From the NCBI GenBank assembly GCA_964590575.1, contig CAZPWM010000013.1:1-51153 (forward strand): 51,153 bases of DNA, written 5' to 3'. The position numbers and the translations under genes are program-made. The notes beneath the pieces were generated by a model. The model saw only the letters and a list, made by a program, of their open reading frames with translations, was not told where the DNA came from and made no database searches. The first letter of the stretch is position 1. Each line of letters starts with the position of its first letter. This document shows, one piece after another, positions 1-8,923 of this stretch. This DNA is from an uncultured archaeon. Lineage in GTDB: Archaea; Asgardarchaeota; Thorarchaeia; Thorarchaeales; Thorarchaeaceae.

Positions 1-150
1 TCCGCAACTAGAACAAATTACTTCACCACGAGTGTGGTCAATATAGACATCAACGCAACTACAAGAAGAACAGATATAGCTGGCCGAACCATTAGCTTCT
101 CTCTTTTTCTGGGTCTTTGAGTGTCTGCTGGCCAGTCCAATCATCTCCAT
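1..150 (-). CDS. tfb: Transcription initiation factor IIB (TFB)-like protein, N-terminal Zn ribbon; partial, runs off the window start
   Basis: Manual minus-strand translation from ATG at 150: MEMIGLASRHSKTQKKREANGSASYICSSCSCVDVYIDHTRGEVICSSCG. This matches the TFIIB ribbon pattern CxxC...D..RGE.IC..CG. An in-frame TAA lies just upstream (157-159). Not in the supplied ORF track. Confidence 0.75.
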   Translation of the reverse strand, partial: MEMIGLASRHSKTQKKREANGSASYICSSCSCVDVYIDHTRGEVICSSCG

Positions 151-546
151 GCAGGCTTACTCTGGGAGTAGCACTGCGGTCAGAGCTGTGGGTTAATCTA
201 ATGCGTCAATTCCCTCTGGCGAGGAGAGAATCCTTATCGTTTGTGGCGCTGATGATTCGTCCAACGGGCGAACGAATACACTTGCGCAGACAATAAACGT
301 AAATAAACCCTTTGTCGGATTTTCAAATAGATGTTTGAACAAAAATCATCTTGATTGCCAGCTGTAATGTCGATACTTTGCACACTATTCCTTTTGAAAG
401 AACAGCTTCTACTATCATTAACTATTGTAACTCGTAGGCAGGACTTCTAGATAGACCTAGTCCGCGCATTCAAATCTTATACAGTCTAAGCGTTTCATTT
501 ATGAAGTAACAATGCAGACACTCACTTACTTGAGGATGATATACAA

Positions 547-2454
547 TTGATGAAAAGTTCCACAAACCCTTGGGAAACTGTTAGACTATCTGTAGTGAAT
601 ATGCTGTCTGACGTGTTCTCTGTTTCGCAAGATGATGTGGCGTTGTCAGTTGAAAAACCTCCGGATTCGACCTTGGGAGACCTTGCATCAACAATTGCGT
701 TCTCATTAGCAAAAAAGTACAAGAAGAATCCAGTCGCCATTATAACAGAATCATTACCTAAACTAGAAGCACTAGCCTCTGCGAACCCATTAGTCAAAGA
801 AGTCAAAGCCAGCGGACCGTACATCAATATATTCTTGGACTATGGAAAAATGGCTGAGCTGACGATTAAAAGTGTCCTTGAGTATGCGGGAGATTATGGC
901 CGTACTAAGGTGTTCAAGAATCAAAGAGCATTGATAGAGTCTCCAGCAGTTAACCCATCCAAACCTTGGCATGTAGGTCATGCCAGGAACGCCATCTTGG
1001 GGGACACTCTCTGTAACATACTTGACTGGGTGGGATATGATGCTGTCAGATTGGATTACATTAACGACCTAGGACTGCAAATCGCGCAGCTGATTTGGAA
1101 AATCTTACAGGTTGAGGAAAATGTAGGTGACGCCAAGTACGACCATTACCTTGGTCACCTATATGTTGCGGCGCAAGAGGAATTTGACAAGAATGAATCA
1201 GTTCAAGAGGAAATTCGAGAGATTTCTAGAAAATTGGAGGATCTTGAAAGTACAGAGGCAAAACTAAGTGGAAAAATTGTAACTAGATGTCTGAAAGCAC
1301 AATGTGAAACCTCATACCGACTCGGCATATTCCATGATTATCAGGTTTGGGAGAGTGCAATAGCACACAGCGGTATTTTAGAGCTAGCACAGAAGATGAT
1401 GCTAGAATCTGATAACATCTTCAAACTCGACGATGGAGAGAAAGCAGGCTGTATAGTCGCAGACCTTTCAGTGATTGATGAATTCAAAGATTTGAAAGAT
1501 CCCTACAAGATCTTGTTCAGATCTGATGGCACAAGAACATACACAGGAGCGGATGTTGCGCTACAGCTATGGAAGTTTGGAATAATAAATGACCCATTCA
1601 AATATTCAATTTTTGAGAAACAACCGAACAACAAAATAGTGATGCGTACGGACCTACATGGAAAGAAAGTCAATCTAGGCAAATTTGACATCGTGATGAA
1701 TGTTATAGGATCTCGACAGGCACATCCACAAAAAATGGTCTATACAATTCTAGACATTCTTGGTTATTCAAAGGAGAGCAATAATTCGCATCATATAGCC
1801 TATGAGTTTGTAGGACTCGAAGGAGAGGATATCTCCGGGCGACATGGAACATGGATTGGTTATTCCACTGATGACGTGCTCGATAAGGCAACAGAGCTAG
1901 CGAGAGTTGAGGTGGACAAAAGAAATCCTGACGAAGACGACGTCTTCAAGGACTCTGTTGCCAATCAAGTGGCGGTAGGTGCTGTACGTTATTTCATGCT
2001 CAATGCATCACCGGACAGACAGATAACCTTCAGATGGAATGAAGCATTAGATTTCAATGGTGACGCTGCACCGTACCTTCAATACTCTCATGCCAGAGCC
2101 CAAAGGATTTTAGAAAAAGCGGAAGATGAGTCAACGTCAAATCTAGACTTTGCAGTTCTCTCAACCGATGCAGAGTTTGAGTTAATAAAAGCAATAGCGC
2201 AGCTGCCAGAAGAACTATTAGAGGTGGCCAAGTCTCTAAAGAAGAATGTATGGGGTACTAGCTTCCCATCCAACAGAATCACAGCTTACACATATGGGCT
2301 AGCTAATCTCTTCAGTAAATTCTATGATTCGTGTCCAGTTCTCAAAGCAGAATCAGATGTAAGAGCTTCTCGACTTGCACTTGTACGTGCCTTCAAGATA
2401 GCAATCGCCAACTGTTTAACGGTTCTAGGAATTCCAATCATCAATCGGATGTAG
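547..2454 (+). CDS. argS: Arginyl-tRNA synthetase (archaeal type)
   Basis: HIGH-like motif NPSKPWHVGHARN, YINDLGLQ, RSDGT.TY, SGRHG at the KMSK position, PYLQYSHARA, and the C-terminal DALR-type domain (FYDSCPVL...RLAL). Start is TTG 547 or ATG 550. Confidence 0.97.
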   Translation: MMKSSTNPWETVRLSVVNMLSDVFSVSQDDVALSVEKPPDSTLGDLASTIAFSLAKKYKKNPVAIITESLPKLEALASANPLVKEVKASGPYINIFLDYGKMAELTIKSVLEYAGDYGRTKVFKNQRALIESPAVNPSKPWHVGHARNAILGDTLCNILDWVGYDAVRLDYINDLGLQIAQLIWKILQVEENVGDAKYDHYLGHLYVAAQEEFDKNESVQEEIREISRKLEDLESTEAKLSGKIVTRCLKAQCETSYRLGIFHDYQVWESAIAHSGILELAQKMMLESDNIFKLDDGEKAGCIVADLSVIDEFKDLKDPYKILFRSDGTRTYTGADVALQLWKFGIINDPFKYSIFEKQPNNKIVMRTDLHGKKVNLGKFDIVMNVIGSRQAHPQKMVYTILDILGYSKESNNSHHIAYEFVGLEGEDISGRHGTWIGYSTDDVLDKATELARVEVDKRNPDEDDVFKDSVANQVAVGAVRYFMLNASPDRQITFRWNEALDFNGDAAPYLQYSHARAQRILEKAEDESTSNLDFAVLSTDAEFELIKAIAQLPEELLEVAKSLKKNVWGTSFPSNRITAYTYGLANLFSKFYDSCPVLKAESDVRASRLALVRAFKIAIANCLTVLGIPIINRM

Positions 2455-2455
2455 C

Positions 2456-3805
2456 CTATCCTGAGGTGACAGTTGCTCTTTCTACAACAAACGAGGGCGT
2501 TATCATAGAGAGTGTAGTCCTAGTATCATTCCCAACCCGACTGATACGTTGTAGCAAATCACGCATGTTTATTCCAACAAGTGTGTTCTTCAAAGGATGT
2601 TTGATTTCGCCTTTCTCGATATAGAACCCCTCGTATAGCATTGCACTCAGGTCTCCAGTGGTCATGTTAGGTTGATCAGCGGTGTTTCTGCAGAGCACAC
2701 CCTTGTCAATCTCTGAAATCAGTTCATCCAGTGTTCCTTTTCCTGGTGATATAATGAAGTTCGATGTGGAGATTGAAGGAAGACCCGAATATGAAGGTCT
2801 GCTGGCATTGCCAGTATTTTGTACACCATCCTTGTTTGCGGTGTAGGAATTATGAAGCAACCCCTTCAAAACACCTTTTTCGATAATTGATGCTCTCTGT
2901 GAAGGATATCCTTCTGCATCGAAGCTACGAGAACCCAATCCCGAAGTTAAAAGCGCATCATCAATAATATCTAGTTTTTCAGATGCGATGACATCACCAA
3001 AAGCATTAGAGATGTATGAACGTCCTTTTTGTACTTCCTCTGCACTTATTGCACCAGCAAATCCATGTCCTATGACGGTTCCTGCTCCTAAGGGAGCAAA
3101 TACCACAGACATTTCACCACCTTCAATGGTCTTAGGACCCAAAATACTGAGTGTGCGTTTGGCTGCACTATCTCCTAACTGTTCAGGGTCAATCTCACTT
3201 AAATCCCGAGTTATTTGATAGTCAGAGCTTGCAGTTTGGTCATCTGCCTCCTTAACAATGGGATAACAGAACAATATGATTGAGGTCCGCGCCTCGGAGC
3301 ATGAAATGCCTAATGAATTAACAACTGCATTCATCCCAGAAGAACTTTGGACACCCGCGGAGATAGCATAGTTTCGACCTTCAAGGACTTGTTTTGAAGC
3401 ATCGATGATTCGGATTATCATGTCTGCGGTGGCTTCGGAAGGAAGCTCTGCGATGTTTTTGTCAAAGAGACCCTTCACTGTAGGGTATGAATTGTCATCC
3501 GATGGAAGACTAACAAAATCCGGATCGGGGATTGATGCTTTGGCAAGCTTTACCGACTTTGTTACTGCCTCACGTACATCATCATCTGAAAGTGTGGTGA
3601 CAAAAGCGAAACCAATCTTTTTGTTTATGACTGTTCGAATGCCAATGCCAGCATCACTCTTCTCCTCAGCATTCCGTATTGCAGAATTCTCAGCCTCTAT
3701 AGAAAAAGCACGAGATTGTCCAACGTACGCCTCTGCTTGAGATGCCCCGAGTTTCTCTGCCATTTTGACTGCAGTTTCAGCAATCTCAAGGAGTCTTTCT
3801 TTCAG
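2456..3805 (-). CDS. tldE: TldE/PmbA family protein
   Basis: FDAEG, LHNSYTA, STSNFII and TGDLS motifs with no HExxH. The track gives ATG at 3763, but the frame stays open to CTG at 3805, 7 nt downstream of GGAGGT. Confidence 0.9.
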   Translation of the reverse strand: MKERLLEIAETAVKMAEKLGASQAEAYVGQSRAFSIEAENSAIRNAEEKSDAGIGIRTVINKKIGFAFVTTLSDDDVREAVTKSVKLAKASIPDPDFVSLPSDDNSYPTVKGLFDKNIAELPSEATADMIIRIIDASKQVLEGRNYAISAGVQSSSGMNAVVNSLGISCSEARTSIILFCYPIVKEADDQTASSDYQITRDLSEIDPEQLGDSAAKRTLSILGPKTIEGGEMSVVFAPLGAGTVIGHGFAGAISAEEVQKGRSYISNAFGDVIASEKLDIIDDALLTSGLGSRSFDAEGYPSQRASIIEKGVLKGLLHNSYTANKDGVQNTGNASRPSYSGLPSISTSNFIISPGKGTLDELISEIDKGVLCRNTADQPNMTTGDLSAMLYEGFYIEKGEIKHPLKNTLVGINMRDLLQRISRVGNDTRTTLSMITPSFVVERATVTSG

Positions 3806-3806
3806 T

Positions 3807-5192
3807 TTACATACCTCCCACTGGTGCTTGTCGGATTCTTGCGTGAGGACCTCCTGTCATAGTGGGGACATTTTGGCCATCCTTCCCACAGGTGCCTCCT
3901 TCCAATTCGAAGTCTTTTCCAATGGCATCAATCTTTGCTAACACCTCAAGGATGTTACCTGCAAGTGAAACATCGCGAACCATTGTTCCTTTCTCCCCAT
4001 TTTCGATTAAATATCCATGACTCGCTTGGAACATGAATTGGCCCTTGGCAGACTGTGTATAGCCATAATTGAAACCACATAGAAGAATACCGTGTTTCGT
4101 ATCTTCTATAAGCTCATCAACATCCCAGTCTCTTGGCTCCATGAAGGTGTTACTCATTCGAGGCACAGGGACATGCATGAAGGATTGCGATCTTGCTGCA
4201 CCATTTGGTTCTAGTTCTAACCTGCTTGAGGTTTCCAGACTGTGTAGGAGATCTGTAAAAATACCATCTTTAACTAAAAACCGCTTCTTGGTCTTAGTAC
4301 CCTCCCAATCATATTCTGTAGACCCACGCATGCCTACCAATGTTGGATCGTCACTTATACTGAGATATTCGGGACCTACCTCTTTACCAATCTTATCCTC
4401 TAGTACAGTTGAATGGGCTGGCCAATTGTCAGCTTCGGCAGCATGTCCGAAAGCCTCATGAGTCACAACACCATTGAGCGCAGGGTCTAGTACAACATCA
4501 TAGATACCACCCTCCGCTGATTTTGAGGACAAGAGATCGATTGCGAGTTTAGCTGCTTTCGTGCCAATATTCTGTGCTTGTTCAGTTTCCATTTCTTCGA
4601 ACCCACTTCGAAGACTTATTGACTCCTGCATCCGCTGTCTGTTGGAACCCTCTTTTGCGGTTGGAATAGAGATAATTCGAGGAATGGAATTTTGAAGAGT
4701 GATACGGGTTCCCAATGAATTCGCGATGAAGATGTCTGAGGATAATTCACCATAGATAGTCATCGTGGATACAATTCGCTCGTCAAAATCGCGAGCTTGA
4801 TCATCAATCATTTTTACAAAGTCCATTTTCTCATCAATTGATACTTTATCGAATGGTTTCTTCACATCTAGTTGGACATTTGCTTCGAAAGTAGGACCAT
4901 TGATTGTGAACCTTTCTGCAACCTTCTCTTGAGTGGCTAGAGCTAATTTTGCAACTGACTCACTTGTTGCCCTCATTCCCGCTTTGGTAAGATCTGTGGT
5001 CTGTGCAAACGCCCATGCACCATCAATGAACGCACGTATCCCAGCCCCTTTCATGCGCGAAGCCATTGATTTTCTTGTGATACCATCATTAAGTTCAATG
5101 ATTATTGTCGTGGAGTTTTCGATTCGTACATCAGCAAAACTGACACCAGTCTTTAGAGCTGCGTCAATGGCCGCCAGTGCTAGGTCTTCCAT
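3807..5192 (-). CDS. tldD: TldD family metalloprotease
   Basis: HEAFGHAAEAD zinc motif, DDPT, YDWEG, PRMSNT and CGKDGQ.VP...GGP. ATG 5192 (MEDLALAAIDAA) fits the family N-terminus better than the track start at 5306. Confidence 0.95.
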   Translation of the reverse strand: MEDLALAAIDAALKTGVSFADVRIENSTTIIIELNDGITRKSMASRMKGAGIRAFIDGAWAFAQTTDLTKAGMRATSESVAKLALATQEKVAERFTINGPTFEANVQLDVKKPFDKVSIDEKMDFVKMIDDQARDFDERIVSTMTIYGELSSDIFIANSLGTRITLQNSIPRIISIPTAKEGSNRQRMQESISLRSGFEEMETEQAQNIGTKAAKLAIDLLSSKSAEGGIYDVVLDPALNGVVTHEAFGHAAEADNWPAHSTVLEDKIGKEVGPEYLSISDDPTLVGMRGSTEYDWEGTKTKKRFLVKDGIFTDLLHSLETSSRLELEPNGAARSQSFMHVPVPRMSNTFMEPRDWDVDELIEDTKHGILLCGFNYGYTQSAKGQFMFQASHGYLIENGEKGTMVRDVSLAGNILEVLAKIDAIGKDFELEGGTCGKDGQNVPTMTGGPHARIRQAPVGGM

Positions 5193-5358
5193 GGGTATCG
5201 CCTTTGAATTGAGCGCCAGCTCATGAAAGCGGATATAACTGATATGGCTTGTACATTTCTTCCAAATGATAGCCAACTGTACCCTCATGTTTCCAGTATA
5301 ATACACAGGTTATTCTTGGATAAGTCCTCGATGTAAGTAGACTACCGGAGGTACTCAC

Positions 5359-6936
5359 TTGACTAATGATTCCTCAGTTGGACATTGTATATCATGCCAG
5401 TCGAACAGAGCAACCCACATGTGTGAGGATTGTGGGGCTCCTTTGTGCTCTGAATGTCTTGAATCTAAATCTAGTGAGTATACGGTCTGTAGTGAGTGCC
5501 ATCACAATCTTGGTTCTCCAATACCGGGTGAAAAATTCGAAACCTGCCCCATGTGTAATTCTGAGGATCTTAGCAAGGGAAAAAAGACTGTAGACATCTG
5601 CTCAAGATGCCACTCCACGAGGGTAGTACTTCTAGAAGATCGAAGAAGGTCTCTGGCACTCGACATGCGACATGCAATAATGACCATTCAATATGGACAC
5701 ACAAAGCTTAGAGAGTTCACGAATAAACTTGCGAGTACAAAAAGAATACTTGTATCCCTCAGGATGGCTAACTTTCTCCACTATAGGTGGATTGAAGAGA
5801 AGATAGAGGGGATTCAGGACGAACTTCCAGCTATCAAGAATAGAATTTCTAGCCAAGCCGAGATCATTGCTAAAAGGATGGCTGCTGAAACTAAAGATTT
5901 CATTGACTACACGCGGTGGAACCCCAATCAATTCCCGTTTATTGAAGGAATCACCAATAGAATCACGGAAATGGGTATCTACTATAAACAGAATGTTGAC
6001 GAATCACTTGAGCCTTTACGAAGCACTTTGAAAGATGTAAGAAGGCAGCTTGATGGTCTTGATTACTACAAAGCACAGTTTACGACATTCTATGAACATT
6101 GTCAACTATCGGTTGGAGAACTTCCAGTCTGTGCACTTCCTGAAATCAAAATAGCAGGAAGTGACTTTCTCAAGAATGACAAAGCCTTTGGAACACTCTT
6201 CATCACCAACAAAAGACTACTCTTCATTGCTGAAACTGGAAGAGTCCGGAAGAAGATGGAAACGACTTTTGACTTTCCATTGATTTACTTGAAGTCCATT
6301 GAAGAAGATGGTCGATTCAGAAAGCGCTTAGTACTCAAATTGAAACAGGGTGAACTTAGAGCATCGTGCTCAGATCAAACGAAGAAAGTTCTTCCAGATT
6401 ATATTGAAATCGCACGAAAGTTTGACAAATACATCCAAACAGATATGCAAAGGGTTCGTAAAATTGAGCAAACCGATGTGAGTACTAGTGATGTCAGACT
6501 TAAGATTGAAGGAATGGTATATTCACTCCTCTCGACTAATGATAGATCACAGTACGATGAAGCCACACCTCTGATTCGACCAGGTCCAAGACCACGAGTT
6601 GACGAGTGGAGAGTAACTCCTCCCCGTCGTAATCCCTATGATGGGTACTACAGAAAACCCGAATCATTCCGTGACGAGCTCGATAGAACAATTGGACGTT
6701 ACGATCAAAGACGAAATATACCTCCAAACTACGATGCAGACCCCAGATTGCATTCGTTGCAAAAAGATGCATCATCGATTGAAACTGCAATTCGAGATAC
6801 AGTACATATGCTCCGAAGTGGACAGCTCTTCGCTGAAGATTTCATCCGAAGATATCGAGACCTGATGAGAGACTCATATCATAACAGACTTGAGATCGAA
6901 CGTATTTCAAGAGAAACCCTTGACAGCCGGTGGTAA
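5359..6936 (+). CDS. ESCRT-associated multidomain protein: Zn fingers, coiled coil, PH/GRAM-like domain and a C-terminal Vps23/Tsg101-like steadiness box
   Basis: Six CxxC pairs in the first ~90 aa, then a long helical region, GTLFITNKRLLF (PH/GRAM/GLUE-like) and a Pro/Arg-rich linker. C-terminal SIETAIRDTVHMLRSGQLFAEDFIRRYRDLMRDSY resembles the steadiness box. GGAGGT SD precedes the TTG start, and the gene is adjacent to ESCRT-III. Confidence 0.7.
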   Translation: MTNDSSVGHCISCQSNRATHMCEDCGAPLCSECLESKSSEYTVCSECHHNLGSPIPGEKFETCPMCNSEDLSKGKKTVDICSRCHSTRVVLLEDRRRSLALDMRHAIMTIQYGHTKLREFTNKLASTKRILVSLRMANFLHYRWIEEKIEGIQDELPAIKNRISSQAEIIAKRMAAETKDFIDYTRWNPNQFPFIEGITNRITEMGIYYKQNVDESLEPLRSTLKDVRRQLDGLDYYKAQFTTFYEHCQLSVGELPVCALPEIKIAGSDFLKNDKAFGTLFITNKRLLFIAETGRVRKKMETTFDFPLIYLKSIEEDGRFRKRLVLKLKQGELRASCSDQTKKVLPDYIEIARKFDKYIQTDMQRVRKIEQTDVSTSDVRLKIEGMVYSLLSTNDRSQYDEATPLIRPGPRPRVDEWRVTPPRRNPYDGYYRKPESFRDELDRTIGRYDQRRNIPPNYDADPRLHSLQKDASSIETAIRDTVHMLRSGQLFAEDFIRRYRDLMRDSYHNRLEIERISRETLDSRW

Positions 6937-6939
6937 GTC

Positions 6940-7557
6940 CTATACACCGAGTTCTCGTTCTAGTGCTTTGATATCAGCCTCTAAAGACTCAGCTTCACCG
7001 ACTGGTTTTGACGTAATAGGACCCTCAGTTAGTCCAGCTTCGGCGTCAATCTCTTGAAAGGCTGAAGACAAATCTTCAGAGGTCACTTCCATGGTTGAAT
7101 CAAGAGCCTCGTCAGAGATGCTAGCTTCAATCTCGAACTCCTCAAGCCTGTGTGCAATCTCATCCACATTGGCTACAACCTTCGAAGCATCAGTACTATC
7201 GCCAAGCATACCGAGAATCTTGGCAACTTCTTGGAGAGCTATCGATGTCTTTGCTGATGTTTGAGCTCGATTCAGGTGAGCCAGAATCTTGAGGATTTGT
7301 AGTCGTGATTTATCAACGGAAAGTGCATATCTACGGAATCGCACCATTTCTGTTGCATATGTTTGATATGCTTCCGTCTGACCAGCTTTTCTTGCACGCA
7401 CAGCACGTCCTTTCGCATCTCGTTCTTCCTTCTCCAACTTGTTCCTTTGGCGCGCTAGTTGTTTTGACAAAATCCTGAGACGACTGGATATCTCACCAAT
7501 GTCTGGTTTCTTTTTGCCCCAGGAGAATGCCTTTCTAATTGAACCCAAGAATCTCAC
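6940..7557 (-). CDS. ESCRT-III subunit, Vps2/24/46-like
   Basis: N-terminal amphipathic helix, basic helical hairpin (RKAGQTEAYQTYATEMVRFRR), acidic C-terminal half and terminal MIM-like helix (LEADIKALEREL). Divergent from vps4. Confidence 0.9.
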   Translation of the reverse strand: MRFLGSIRKAFSWGKKKPDIGEISSRLRILSKQLARQRNKLEKEERDAKGRAVRARKAGQTEAYQTYATEMVRFRRYALSVDKSRLQILKILAHLNRAQTSAKTSIALQEVAKILGMLGDSTDASKVVANVDEIAHRLEEFEIEASISDEALDSTMEVTSEDLSSAFQEIDAEAGLTEGPITSKPVGEAESLEADIKALERELGV

Positions 7558-7699
7558 CTTATTCTAGGAGTGTTAACTCAGTCATTCAGAGGGATGTTAA
7601 CGTTTAAACCTTCGCAGTTCGCAGATGATATTGTGTATGTATGTACCGGGTGTGACAGAAATTCTTAACACCTTATAGGCAGTGTACACATGAACTCGA
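7558..7699. promoter_or_regulatory. Divergent promoter region between ESCRT-III and vps4
   Basis: 142-nt intergenic region between divergent starts, with TATA-like TTTAAA (~7603) and CTTATAG (~7672), and two GTTAAC palindromes (7572, 7596). Confidence 0.45.
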
Positions 7700-8920
7700 A
7701 TGTGTGCAGATAGAGTAGACCAGGGACTTAAAGCATTGCTTGCAAAAGCGATAGAGTTGGACCAGAGGGGTATGAAGAAAGATGCTTGTCAAGAGTATCT
7801 CAAAGCAAGTAAGATTCTCATTAAATTATCAAACTCTGCAGCATTGCCTTCGGTCAAAAAACATTATTTTGACAGGGCTCAAGAATGTGTAGACAGAGTC
7901 AGGTATCTCTCTGGGATCAAAAAGAAGTCACATGGACCAGTTGATGGTCTTATGGCTCCACCGAAGGTCGAAGGTGATGTAGCAGAACCAGTACGAATTC
8001 AAGAAACATCAAGGGCTGAACCAAGTCTTGATGAAGAAGAAAAACGACTCAGAGAGATGATATCAGATACTATCATCACCGAACGTCCTAAAATTAAGAT
8101 GTCAGAAGTTGCAGGTCTTGCTGATGCAAAACAAGCAATTGATGATGCAATACTGACACCCATGAAACATCCAGAGCTTTTCAAAGGTAAAGCAAGACAA
8201 CCATGGAGAGGTATTTTGTTCTATGGACCTGCAGGGTGTGGAAAGACCCTTGTTGCCAAAGCAGTGGCATCAGAAGTCAATGCAACGTTCTTCAACGTTT
8301 CAGCTGCAAACATTGTGAGCAAATGGCTAGGTGAATCAGAGCGTCTTGTGATGAACCTTTTTGAGCTCGCAAGAAAGAACCAGCCGGCAATCATTTTCAT
8401 TGACGAACTGGACTCAATAGGTGTTTCTAGATCAGGGGATGATGTTGGAGGGGAGAGACGATTGAAGACGCAATTGCTTACTGAGCTTCAAGGGCTAGCA
8501 AGCAATGTAGAAGAGCGCATTACACTCATTGGAGCAACCAATTTGCCTTGGGAGCTGGATTTCGCACTACGCTCAAGGTTTGAGAAAAAGATACATGTTC
8601 CACTTCCAGATAGACAAGCCCGTTCGAAGATATTCGAGATTCATATGGAAGATATTGAGGTTTCTCCCAACATCGAATACGACGAACTCGCAGACCTTAC
8701 GGAGGGGTATAGTGGAAGAGACATCAGTGTGGTCTGTCGGGAGGCATCCATGGAACCGATTAGGGATTTACAACGAACAGGTAGAATGGATGATGAGCAG
8801 GAGATTCTGGACATCCGTCCTGTATCAAGGGATGACTTTCTGCATGCTATAGAAAACATCCGCCCTGCAACTCCACCAGAGGATGTCAAGAGATACATTG
8901 ACTGGGCGGAGGGTTCCTAA
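7700..8920 (+). CDS. vps4: Vps4 AAA+ ATPase with N-terminal MIT domain
   Basis: MIT-like N-terminus (AKAIELDQRG...A...Y), PWRGILFYGPAGCGKT Walker A, SKWLGESE pore loop, IIFIDELD Walker B, GATNLPWELD, TEGYSGRDI; ESCRT context. Confidence 0.96.
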   Translation: MCADRVDQGLKALLAKAIELDQRGMKKDACQEYLKASKILIKLSNSAALPSVKKHYFDRAQECVDRVRYLSGIKKKSHGPVDGLMAPPKVEGDVAEPVRIQETSRAEPSLDEEEKRLREMISDTIITERPKIKMSEVAGLADAKQAIDDAILTPMKHPELFKGKARQPWRGILFYGPAGCGKTLVAKAVASEVNATFFNVSAANIVSKWLGESERLVMNLFELARKNQPAIIFIDELDSIGVSRSGDDVGGERRLKTQLLTELQGLASNVEERITLIGATNLPWELDFALRSRFEKKIHVPLPDRQARSKIFEIHMEDIEVSPNIEYDELADLTEGYSGRDISVVCREASMEPIRDLQRTGRMDDEQEILDIRPVSRDDFLHAIENIRPATPPEDVKRYIDWAEGS

Positions 8921-8923
8921 AGA

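Noticed and set aside
151-546. Possible RNase P/SRP RNA, C/D sRNA or SECIS (CTGATGA...AA...GA near 249-275)
   Set aside because: No RNase P or SRP consensus and no downstream CTGA box D. The stem is too short for a SECIS and there is no plus-strand UGA-containing gene upstream.
5193-5306. 38-aa N-terminal extension of TldD in the ORF track
   Set aside because: Does not resemble the family and overlaps the likely divergent promoter; ATG 5192 fits better.
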